A stretch of DNA of 56,042 nucleotides, from assembly GCA_002633005.1 (NCBI GenBank), contig NMRA01000060.1, positions 34,032 to 90,073 of the forward strand, written 5' to 3'. Origin of the DNA: Phoronis australis. Its lineage: Eukaryota; Animalia; Phoronida. This document shows, piece after piece, positions 1 through 10,360 of the stretch; the first letter of the stretch is position 1, and every line of letters begins with the position of its first letter. The notes beneath the pieces are model-generated. The model did no database searches. It saw nothing but the letters and a program-made list of their open reading frames with translations, and was not told the origin of the DNA. A program made the translations under genes and the position numbers.

Positions 1-236
1 CCCCCCCCCCCCTAAAATTCTCTTAGATACCATTTGGCAGTTCGGGGTGCAAATTGTTGAATAGAAAGTGGTGAATGCACAATACATAGGCCCTTTTTTT
101 AGTAATAAGGTTCACAAACCCAAAAATTCGAGACCCCTGCATCTCTACATTTTAGGCTGGGCGTGCGTTTGTGGCAAAATTGTGGTTATTCGTGTGTCTT
201 GCCCGCCCCCCAACTCAAAATCCTGGATCCGCCCCA
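1..236. mobile_element. Non-autonomous DNA element (MITE) copy, family shared with 19963-20112 and 27983-28140
   Basis: Shares catttggcagttcggggtgcaaat and the terminal aactcaaaatcctggatccgcccc with the other copies. Confidence 0.7.
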
Positions 237-450
237 GATAGCAGTAGTTGTCTCCGTTCGAAGCTTTTCGTGTTCTGTCAACTGCTCCATAGAATCGCAT
301 TACGATCCTACAAAGAGTTTAGGAGATGAAATAGCGACACAGGACGACAAACGCACGAACGCAACACTCAGACGCAGAGAAAAAACACGCACCCCTACAA
401 AAACAAGGGGGAGCGTAAAAATTAACCAGTGGAGTGGCAAGTGTACTTAC

Positions 451-538
451 AGGTAATGATGTTGATGTAGCGATTCTTTTGTTTATTATCTGAATGCGAG
501 GCTACCTTGTGATCAAAGAGCAATCCAGTCGGCAACAC
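451..538 (-). CDS. Exon: start of PTP catalytic domain (VLPTGLLFDHKVASHSDNKQKNRYINIIT)
   Basis: ttcgatcag| and |gtaagt, 88 nt, phase 0-1. NxxKNRYxNI is PTP motif 1. Confidence 0.93.
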
Positions 539-1037
539 CTGATCGAAAAAACTTGAAGATCATACAAGTCAACTTCCTACTTATGGATTTAGTAGCAGAA
601 TACATGGAACACAAGCTTTTGTAATAATTGTAGACTTAAAGAGTAGATTAACTCAACCAATTTAGAATTTTATATGCATGTAACTTATTCCTTTGAGTTT
701 ATTACAATATATAGTGTATTATAATGCACATTGACATTGTATTAAACGTGTCTCTATGTTTTGTAAAGACAAAACAAGGTTTATCGACAATAAATGTTTT
801 ACTACTGTTTGCGTCTGTGCACTTTTCTCTAGATATTGCATCCCAAAGGCGCAGACGGATTAGTGAACATCAGTCCATAATTTAGCAAGACCAATGGTGA
901 TTATGTAAAGAAGAAATGCATGTGATCATGTATGGACAGATGCAAGTATTCCTAAGTGGCGATTTACATATTTTCCAATTGCTTTAAGAGAACTCAATAA
1001 AGCATTCGTTCGCTCCAACTTGTAAAATCTTGTTTAC

Positions 1038-1267
1038 CTTGTATTCGTCTATGAGTTTTCCTACTCTCAATCCTGAAGATACAAAACTCGGCAGATCGTC
1101 CAACCGCACGGGATTGTTCACGTTAGAGTACTCGGCATAACGCAGCGACTGACGCTGGTCGTACGACACCGCAATAGAGCAACGTTCTATTTCACTGTTG
1201 GCCTCTATATCTTCATAGCTGTCTTCTTCCTCTCTGTTTGGAATATCAGTTTTCCTTTCTGACATAG
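1038..1267 (-). CDS. Exon: juxtamembrane region and PTP wedge (…DSYEDI…YAEYSNVNNPVRLDDLPSFV…LIDEYK)
   Basis: ttcgctgtag| and |gtaaac, 230 nt, phase 1-0. PVxxxDL..FV...EY pattern that precedes RPTP D1 domains. Confidence 0.88.
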
Positions 1268-2062
1268 CTACAGCGAAAAACATAATTGTGAACGTCATCA
1301 GTTTGCTTATATATTTTAAAACTCTATTTCATCCGTGTTCAACTTCCAAAGAATGAAAATGGTTTAAGCCACTTAAGCACATAAAATCCTTTTTCTATCA
1401 TTCTTTACAGCAATTCAATTTCTAGTAAGTGCCATCAAGAACATCAAAATTGTCACCGATATAAACCTTTTCCAACCCTTAAATTCCATATTCAAAAATG
1501 GGAATAAATAAATAGCCTCCTATTTGAGTTGCCGGCTCACTAGGTAACAATCAACATCGGATGGGCGTAGTAATGTTTTTAAACCCCAAAAAACTACTGA
1601 TGCTCTTGTTGATGATGTCTCTCTTCAAGTGCCCAGTCCCAAGGTCGAAGGAGGTCCGTCATTGATACATCTCGTTGATTTTTCGAATTATCACAGCTAA
1701 TTACGAAGAACCCCAAGGTCACAAGGTATCGCAAGCGAATCAAGAGATCTTCCCAAAGAATGTTCTGCATACAGGGCAATCACACAAATGCCTCATGTTC
1801 TCAATATGTTCATATACCGCATAGGGATTATATTTATTAACACCATCTAGAGAATCGTCCATTACAGTAGGTCGACATCAGCATCCGCTGCCGTTTCGTT
1901 ATTCAATTGAAAACTAAATTGAAATTACAACGTTCGCAGCAATTGGAAAATCAGACTTAAGTCCAAGGATAAATAAAAGCGTGTACCTTTAAATGTCGTA
2001 GGACTTATTTTCAAATTCTACACACTGGTATACTGTGTCATTAAATTTCTAGTACAACTTAC

Positions 2063-2109
2063 CAAAGACTACTTCGTCAGGAGTTTGTTGACTTTCTCTC
2101 TTTAGTCTT
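2063..2109 (-). CDS. Exon: cytoplasmic stop-transfer segment (RRLKRESQQTPDEVVF)
   Basis: cataattag| and |gtaagt, 47 nt, phase 2-1. Basic residues follow the TM. Confidence 0.82.
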
Positions 2110-2329
2110 CTAATTATGAAACATAAATTGTGAAATGCACTAACGTCTTACACTGGAAATCTTCAAGATTTTAGAATATTTCGAAATTTTAAGCTTCGAA
2201 CGTAGTATCTCAGAAATGGCTTTTCAGAGTCAAATGAAACTTTCAGAAACTTTGCTTTATGAAGTGTTTCCAAACCTCCAGTTAGTAATAACTTTTTCAT
2301 GACTCATTGCCTGATTTATCACATCAGCA

Positions 2330-2504
2330 GTATAAAAACATTTATACCTCAATATTGGCGTCATATGGCAGATACAACCGTGTAATAACCCATAAAGTTA
2401 TCTCACTAGTGAGATAACGATTTGGCGGGAAACCGAGGACGGAGTCGAACCCGGGACCGTGAGTTTGTTAGTCGCCGACCTTAACCACTACACCACGCAG
2501 CAGC
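2330..2504 (-). mobile_element. tRNA-derived SINE-like element
   Basis: Minus-strand A box TGGTGTAGTGG and B box GGTTCGACTCC. Stems do not form a clean cloverleaf. The 3' boundary is approximate. Confidence 0.6.
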
Positions 2505-3447
2505 TGACGTCATCAAGTGTGAAAATAGAATACTTAAATGATCACGCGCAATAGTCGCACGTTCAACAAACCGCATTGTACTGTACATATACGCTACGGA
2601 AAATAAGACACATAATTTCCATAAAAATGATATCTTAATTCAATGAAATATTTCTCTCATGTCCTCTTACTTGTAAATCACCGATCTCCAGTTTGAATGC
2701 GGGTATCGTGTCGTCAGGATCTTTGGCTTGAAAATTATATTCAGTTACCAGTGGTAACCTACTTTAGCAGACGATAATTTCCCGGTCGAAGCTTAGCGTG
2801 AAAAAATCGAGTTTTAAGCTATAATAGTTGGTAAACGTTAATTTATAAATTCAGTTTATTTCTATTATATTTAAGTTTTCAATTGGTTTTGAGTAAAAGC
2901 ATTATTTGACAAAAATAGCCCGGCTTTTCTTAAAAGGTCACGACCTCCGACCCCGGGCCTCTGACATAGAAAGTAGTTACAAAGCCGTGGAGAGTCAGAA
3001 AAGGTAAATCGATTCATTGCAATGTTTCTCGTGACGCCCCTCGGGCGATAATTCTCCAAAATCCACTCGGGCTCTAGATAACGGGGGATAACGACTTCGC
3101 CATGTAATAATCTATATTTATAAATGTATCATAAATGTGGAAAGTTTATTAATACCACTGTTTTTCTAAGAATGCACACTTTTTCATTACTGCAACAAAA
3201 AATGGTCACGTGACCAGATAATGGAAAAGCGGTATCAAGTAAAAGATCACTTCTGTAAGTATTTTATTTTAAGAAAAATAATACTATTCAGCTCTGTAAA
3301 CATTCGGTTAAAGCACGGACTTGCCGACAAGGTCCAAAGTAACGTGTCGCTATCTTGATTTAATCCACCAAACTGCATTTCGAAATCCCTCAAACTGTTG
3401 GCAGACTAAATGTTTTCGCCTATGAGTAATAGCATTCTACACTGTAC

Positions 3448-3580
3448 CTGTAAAACACAAAGCCAACTAATGCGCCTAACAACACAATGGAGGCGGTCAC
3501 ACCGGAAGCAGCACCAATGGTTGCAACTCTTTCTGCCTTGACTATTTCTTTTACTTCTTTTTCTCGTCGGAAATTTCTTA
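3448..3580 (-). CDS. Exon: transmembrane helix (…VATIGAASGVTASIVLLGALVGFVFYR)
   Basis: ttttttcag| and |gtacag, 133 nt, phase 1-2. Long hydrophobic stretch followed by basic residues. Confidence 0.92.
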
Positions 3581-3759
3581 CTGAAAAAATCCGTAGCAAC
3601 TGTACAATCATGATCAAGGATAACTGAGCATCACACAAACATGCTGACACTGAAACGTTTTTGTGATGCAAAAACAGCATAACAGAATGAACATCAAATT
3701 CGGTATTTTAATTGCTCACGGTCTCAAACACGGGCAAGCCTGGAGCGTTGACATGACTC

Positions 3760-4610
3760 AACCTTCCATTAGAATTAATATGTTTCTAGGGACCATTGAA
3801 TCCTGCAGTAGTCGAATCCGCCCGAAAATCAAATGTTGCTGGCACTTTTTCATCTGTGTAAAATTGCATTGACAACCGACAATCAATTCATTTCCAAAAG
3901 CACTCTTCCCCCAAGCAACACTTGAAAAGTCCCTTGTCGAGTACAAAATGGCCACTAGGAGTCAAAAATCAAATGCTACCGGTGTATGGTCGCTGCATAA
4001 TTCCAAGCAATGTTTCATGGAATTCCGTCAAACGATTTTCTAGATATCATCCGAAAGCACTCTTCCCTCCAAAACAGCATTTGAAAAGCCCTTTGTCACG
4101 GTGCTGCAATGGCCGATTCATTAAAACCGTCAATCGGATCTCTAGATATCATTCGGAAACGTGCTTGCCCAAACTGCACATTAGGAGATACCGCGGCGAA
4201 CGAATCCACCCGAAAATCAAATAGTGCAGACGCATTGACATCATATACTGTACCTATATGTCGCATGTTACTGAACTCCGTCGGTGGGTTATCCAGATAT
4301 CACCCGGGAAAGCTCTCACGCAAAGTGCCGACTAAGAGACGTTGCAGTAGTCTAATCCACCCGCAAATCAAGTGGTGCAGGCGTATTCACATTATATGCC
4401 TGTATGACAAGTTTCATTGCAATCCGTTGTGCCCCCAAACAACGCTTAAAATCCCGTTATCGAGAATAAAATTTCCATTAGGAGTTGCTGTGGTGATCAA
4501 ATCCGACCAAAAATTATTGGGACCTGTGTTTTATTATCACATACTGTGTCAAGCTTCATTGGCATCCGTCAGTCTTGATATCATATGAAAACACCCTTCC
4601 CTAAAAATAC
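3760..4610. repeat. Diverged tandem repeat, about 150-bp unit
   Basis: Recurring agatatcatccgaaagcactcttccc-like and atccacccgaaaatcaaat-like blocks at roughly 150-bp spacing. Confidence 0.7.
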
Positions 4611-4859
4611 TGATAAAGCCACGCCCCTGGCCCACAGGGCACGGCATACTGAAATGTACCAATAACCGCGCTAGTGATGCCCTACACCACTGTGCTAAAT
4701 ACCGAACTGAAACCCGGGCTAGGTGACGTTAATGTTCCACCTCATAATAAAAGCTGAGCCGAGAAAAAACGCAACGAAAACTGTTTTTCTTCTTTTTACT
4801 CATCTCTTGGCAAATTATAGCGTTTCAAACTTTATTCACCCTGAAATATATATGTAGAA

Positions 4860-5520
4860 CTTAAATGGCGTGGAAATAACGATCACAAACGTTTTTACAT
4901 GTAAGTCTGGTCTCCACGCCACCTGTTGAATGAACCTAAGTCGGAAAAGATTTGTGCCTCCCACCGGGACTCGAATCCAGGACCTTCTGCTAACCGTGCT
5001 GACGTTCTAGCCACCGAGCCATCGGGCGCACCTGCTAAACAAAGAAATCCAATCAGACTTAGCATCCCTCCGATGAAATCGTGAGTGTAAATATATGTGT
5101 AAGTCTTAAACTGGTGCATACATATACCAGAAGTTCCTGGGTTCGAGTCCCGGTAGGGGACAGACATCTTTTCCCACTTGTGTTCATTAGATGATGTGAT
5201 GCGACCAATAGGTAGCGAGCAAACTAGACTTCAAAATGTTTGTGATCTTTATTTCTACGCCAATTTAACAATTACACACTTATTTACACTCATGATTTCA
5301 TGGGCGGGATGCCCATTGCTAGGTATGGTTGGATTTCTGTGTTTTACCGGTAGTCCCGATGGCTCACTGGCAAGAGCGTCGGCACGCGGATTTCAGGTCT
5401 TGGGTTTGAGTCCCGGTCGTGTGCAAATATCTTTTCGGATTTATGCTCATTAGGTCAAGTGATATGTCCAATAAGTGTCGTGCAGACCTGACTTAACAAT
5501 GTTTGTAAACCTATTTACCC
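4860..5520. repeat. Cluster of tRNA-like repeat units (one inverted copy plus about 1.5 tandem copies)
   Basis: A box TGGCTC(G/A)(G/C)TGG and B box GG(A/T)TCGAGTCCC-like. Minus copy about 4860-5090, plus copies about 5128-5520, with shared flanks. Confidence 0.75.
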
Positions 5521-6388
5521 TTGCTTACGTGCTCGTGTGCAGCTTTTAATGAAACACGAGATGTTGACGACACCTCGGCTGAAGTTGACGAGGTGGGCTT
5601 TCTTTTGGTCAACTTAGTAGCCCGTACGTAATCGAGAGTTTCAAAATGAGTCGGGGTACAGATCAGAAACAACTAGGCATTTTACCTGTATATGTTGTAA
5701 TACAAGCCCTGACAGTTAAAAGCATGTTATGCAGCTAAAACGCTTTTTCACTTGCTCATAAATTTTTCACTGTGGTTTGATGTCGGTCGTACTTTCCCCC
5801 AGTCGGTGATAAACTCATCTAAAGCATTAGCCACGCTTGTTGACTTGACAACTTACGCGAGCAATTTGGTTTCAAGCTTTTTAGGGTAGGCGGTGCTTGC
5901 GCAGCATTATTAAGTTGGTATTTTAACAAATATTAAAATCGTTTTTGAATCTGCTATCTGACCGAGAAGCGTGTGGATAACTTACGCTATAAAACTGGGG
6001 TAAACGTGTCCCTTACTGAAATAAGAAGCGATTTCTGTGTTTTCAAAGAAATTGTCGCTTGTTATTCGTTGAAACTGTTCTCGGAGCATCAAATACAATC
6101 CAATTCGCAATGTCTGATCTCGCGAATTAACCACGCGGCAGTTCTTTCAAAACGCCAAAACAAGCTCAAATTTAGCAAAGGGGGAATTCGGAACTAGTTT
6201 CCTAACCGTAAATGATCTAAATCGAAAGTTGTTTTGTGACGTCACTTCAAGTAAAGGGATAGCAGGAAATAGCTGGAAACATGGCTTTTCACAAATGCCG
6301 ATCCTTTTTACTCAAGAGCCCCACCTCCGAAAGTGGCATTAGAACGGACAAATATCCATAACGGAAGTGCAATATACATGGAAATTAC

Positions 6389-6452
6389 CTTCAATATATG
6401 TGTTGGTCGACTTTCCATCCACTGTCACGTACTGGTAACGTGTTTTGTTTTC
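6389..6452 (-). CDS. Exon: linker (ENKTRYQYVTVDGKSTNTYIE)
   Basis: ttaccccag| and |gtaatt, 64 nt, phase 0-1. Bridges the flanking exon phases. Confidence 0.8.
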
Positions 6453-6749
6453 CTGGGGTAAATATTAAGAAAAAAATATCAAAAATGACTTGTGCCAAAC
6501 AGAATTCCATGTATTACAACCACCAACTAAATCTGTTTTGGTACATCTATGATTTTTACGAAAAACAACTTCTTTTCAACGAACGATAAACAACCTCATT
6601 GAACAGCTACATGTACATGTATAAGAAAATCTTTTACGGGATCGCTTGTATCATACATTCATAATGCAAGAGCAAAGATGGCGAACAAAGATTTTCTGCA
6701 TGAAAGCCTATAGACTCTACATGGACATGGAGATGAAAGTTAACGTTAC

Positions 6750-7020
6750 CCCGTCGTTCGAAGCTGAATAGCCATACTGGAACCTGTATAAACTTCCTTC
6801 CTCAAGTGGTCCATTGAAATATCCACCATATATTTTGTTGTCGCCAATTACAAAATCCGTAATCCATTCCACGTCACTAGTACTGAGACGAGCAGTAATA
6901 TAAAATAATTGCCCGAGCTTCATCGCATTTTTTAAGTCCAGAAGTTTAGAATCGTCAATAACTGGGTCACTTCTTTTTGTCCTTAAGTCCGATTTCTTTT
7001 CCACGATGATTGTGTAATAA
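6750..7020 (-). CDS. Exon: RPTP membrane-proximal domain with furin site (YYTIIVEKKSDLRTKRS...YITA...FVIGDNKIYGGYFNGPLEEGSLY)
   Basis: cattctag| and |gtaacg, 271 nt, phase 2-0. YIxA and FxIGDxxxYGGYxNxPL motifs typical of receptor PTP ectodomains. Confidence 0.93.
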
Positions 7021-7461
7021 CTAGAATGACAAACGTGTAATTACTGAAGTAGATATTAAAACTGCTTAATGACTTGATGCTTGATACAGAGCCAGCTGAA
7101 ACATCAACTTAACTGGCACTTGAAATTGACAACTATAAAGGGTTAGTTACTATCAACTATAAGTTAATTCTATTCCAACGAAACCGATGTTCGGTTGATA
7201 CGTCTTTTATTAAGAAATATGTAAACACTACTCAACCAAGTCTTTGTTATCCGAATGAAAGCTAAGTGCAAACTGTGCTGAGTAACTGACTTGACGACAG
7301 CAGATGGCCCAGTGTTCCAAATGAATCACTTGTGAATTTATAGATCAATTGGAAGCTTGTAAGTAAAATGTAACGAAAAACGAGATTGCGTTTGAGTATA
7401 CGGACAATAAATAATTATTACGTAGGCGCTTGAAGCAGAATAAAGACAGCAGCAGAAGTAC

Positions 7462-7564
7462 CTGACAAACTGTTGAGGAATGGGAGCTGGTCGAAGCGAC
7501 ATCGTAACAGTAGTCTCAGTCATCTTTTGAGTGTTCATATCAATGCCAGGGACATCTTGAAGCA
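7462..7564 (-). CDS. Exon: start of membrane-proximal FN3-like domain (VLQDVPGIDMNTQKMTETTVTMSLRPAPIPQQFV)
   Basis: caatccag| and |gtactt, 103 nt, phase 1-2. Confidence 0.85.
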
Positions 7565-7857
7565 CTGGATTGTAGCAAAATATGATTTCGAAGACATGTA
7601 TTTGATGATAAATAAAGAATATCGATCAAAGGCAGAAATAGTCTGCAGGTGGCGCTTACCTAGCTTTAAAATGACTGTTTAAAATACTAGCAATTTATGC
7701 ACAGATTCAAAATAGCGTTCGTAAATGTTTCATTTCACTAACAAAAAAGGAATAATATTTTGTGTGTCAAATTCCGTAGTTATTGACCAAGGATATTTTG
7801 CAATTCAGGAAGGAGGGCTTTTATAGAGTACTGGTACCTTGTGTTGTTGAACTCTAC

Positions 7858-7935
7858 GGTGGCCCAAAGATGACATCGTGCGTTTCTCTTTTAATTATCT
7901 CAAGATGTCGAGATCCCGAATAAAATACCTTGGGA
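7858..7935 (-). repeat. Dispersed repeat, inverted copy of about 15190-15283
   Basis: Shared cgggatct..gagataattaaaa..gat(g/t)ccatctttgggccacc-like sequence. Confidence 0.6.
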
Positions 7936-8435
7936 TCTTGAGGTAATTGTCCTCAGTTTGTCGCTGTACGTAAACAGGCTTCTGGTGAGCCGCATTGCGA
8001 CACTATCTGGATCGACAGCAGGAAGAATTGTTCGCAGTTTTTCGTTTCATCACTAAGCCATTTGTGACACAGTTATGGTGCTTGAAGCTTTAACCATACT
8101 GCAGCCCTGGCATCAAAATTTGTCGGTCTATGAAACTAATCATATCATCAATGTCTGAATAATTATTACGACGTGAGAGCCCGTCTTGACAACAAACGGA
8201 GATGTTTAACGATGCTAACGATACAAAGTGATACCTGAGCATGTTTACAGCTTCTTTTTGAGACAACACGAAGTTGAAAAAATCTCAAACAGCTTCATCT
8301 CTATCCAAATTGGAATATTCGTGGTAAAAGAAAACGAGGTATATCACGTGAGGCCGATAGTAAGAGGCCTAATTCTATTTTTTCAGCCAGCAAACTAGTT
8401 GTGCTGCAGTTTTAAGCGGAACGGAATCTTTTAAA

Positions 8436-8460
8436 NNNNNNNNNNNNNNNNNNNNNNNNN
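8436..8460. other. Assembly gap (25 N); further ambiguous bases at about 10385-10387 and 13217
   Basis: N runs next to poly-C/G tracts. Confidence 0.95.
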
Positions 8461-10360
8461 CCCCCCCCCCCCCTTAACACCAGAGCTGTAATGTTGTTGG
8501 TGTGATAATTCTAAGTTCTGTCGTTTCTTCAGATTATGTTATCTGAACTGTTGACAGATGGAAGTTCTTAACATAAGCTTCGTCACTGATGTTTTGTTGC
8601 TATAATGCGTCCTGATAGCTCTACAGACTGTGTGGGTCACGATTTTAGATGGTCTGGATTGGTTGTCATGATGATGACGTAAGCGACATCGAAACATTTT
8701 GAAGTTGAACAATCTCGTCGTTTTCATTAATATGTTGTCCCTTACTTTACCATAAGCGTTACACCCAATTTCAAGCAATATAAGATGGCGTGTGCTCTAA
8801 CAAAACGTTGAAAGATGAGTTTTCTAACTTATTACGTAAAATGTTGAAAAATTTACTGCGCAGCTGCCATTTCCATTATTTGATAAAGTGGTATTCCCAT
8901 CACAAAGTGGCTCAGAAATATGATGTTTTAAGGAGTACGATTGAAAAGGTGCACTTGCGTAAAATTATAGAACAGCATAGGTAGGAACCAACAGGTTTGA
9001 TCGACAGTTTCGCTCGGGTGCTACACAGCTACACGTATTTTTCAGCAAGGATGGCCCTGAAATATTAGAGTACCCTTAGAATTTTTACTTTCGTGTACAC
9101 CTTGTCTGCAGTATACATAATATACGCATTTGTACTATATCCGAAGTTACGTGATTTATGTCATCTCCGCCTTAGCCAGCTGCCAACAGTGACTGTCCAC
9201 GGCTAGTTTTGAAGATCTCTGATACGCCCTTACATGTAACAACTTCGAAAAATGTAAGAGTTGTTACATTTTACGAAAGCAACGTCATACGTCATGAGTT
9301 TGCATGGTATTTGTCACACGGACGAAAGCTGTTCACACACTTAAAGGCTTCCTTCTCGGATTGCTTGAATGAAATTCTAAGAAATGTGCCAGCTCGAATT
9401 CATAGATGTGTCCCTATGTGCTTTCCACTGTTTTTAACATGAATAGTTTCTTGGTATAGTAAAAGATGTACCTCGTACACTTTCAGCTCCAGTTGAAAGC
9501 AGTTTTCAGAACAAGGTGGCAAGTTTTTTTTTATAGCTAAAGGGTTCTTGCAATCTTTTGTTGGCGCTCACACGTCATAAACCAATTGTGTATTCGGCAT
9601 TACAGCAAAATATTTGCAGAAACAATGACATCGTATTTTGCCAAATATTTATCGTATTTCTTCGGGAACAAACGACCATAACAAAAAAATAGCCAATTTG
9701 ATAGAAAAAACACACGTTTTAGTCCACTATAGTTTGATTTATTTCAGCCAGTGTTTTACATCCTAGGAGACATCGCTAAAGGCAGTAATTGCAATGCTCC
9801 ACACAAAAGGAACGAGACTAAAAATTCTGATGGTGACGGGTTCTGTCTACTACCTTATTATTTGCAAATTTCTTAAAGAGACTGTGGTGGAAGGAAATGA
9901 AAGCACGCATATATTTGCTGGCAGGTTGAAAGATTATTACCAGTGTAACAGCAAAAGATCGTCTTTGAGGAAGGCGAGAAAACAGTTTACAACAGTGGAG
10001 GCATAGTGCCGTGTTTTGAACACTTTTCAAAAAAGCTGAAAGAGATATCATTGTTCCTATGATGTCAAACGCGTCTGGAATAGTGGTGGTACCAACTGAT
10101 CGAACCGAGACTTGTGTACGTAAACATGGGAGACCCAGCTGGGGAAATGGAAAATATTTCTTCACTTTGAAAGGACATGATCATTTTGCTCAAATGGGCT
10201 CCCGGTTGATAGTTTAATGGGGCAACAGTCCGGAAACAGCTGACTGTTGGCCTTTCGGACTACAACAAACATGCACTTTCTCTTTCATTATTGGTTAAGA
10301 TAAAATATCAATTAATATTGCTGTTTTATCAATGATCGTCAGTCCGAGGCACACATAATT

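Noticed and set aside
2671-2726. Exon-like segment (ttttcaag| ... |gtaaga)
   Set aside because: Read in the phase required after the TM exon (phase 2) it hits a TGA stop. The flanking exons already join in frame.
3922-4588. 100-159-aa ORFs
   Set aside because: They lie within the ~150-bp satellite and only reflect its periodicity.
2431-5430. Functional tRNA genes
   Set aside because: A and B boxes are present, but acceptor and anticodon stems pair poorly and the copies are embedded in diverged repeats.
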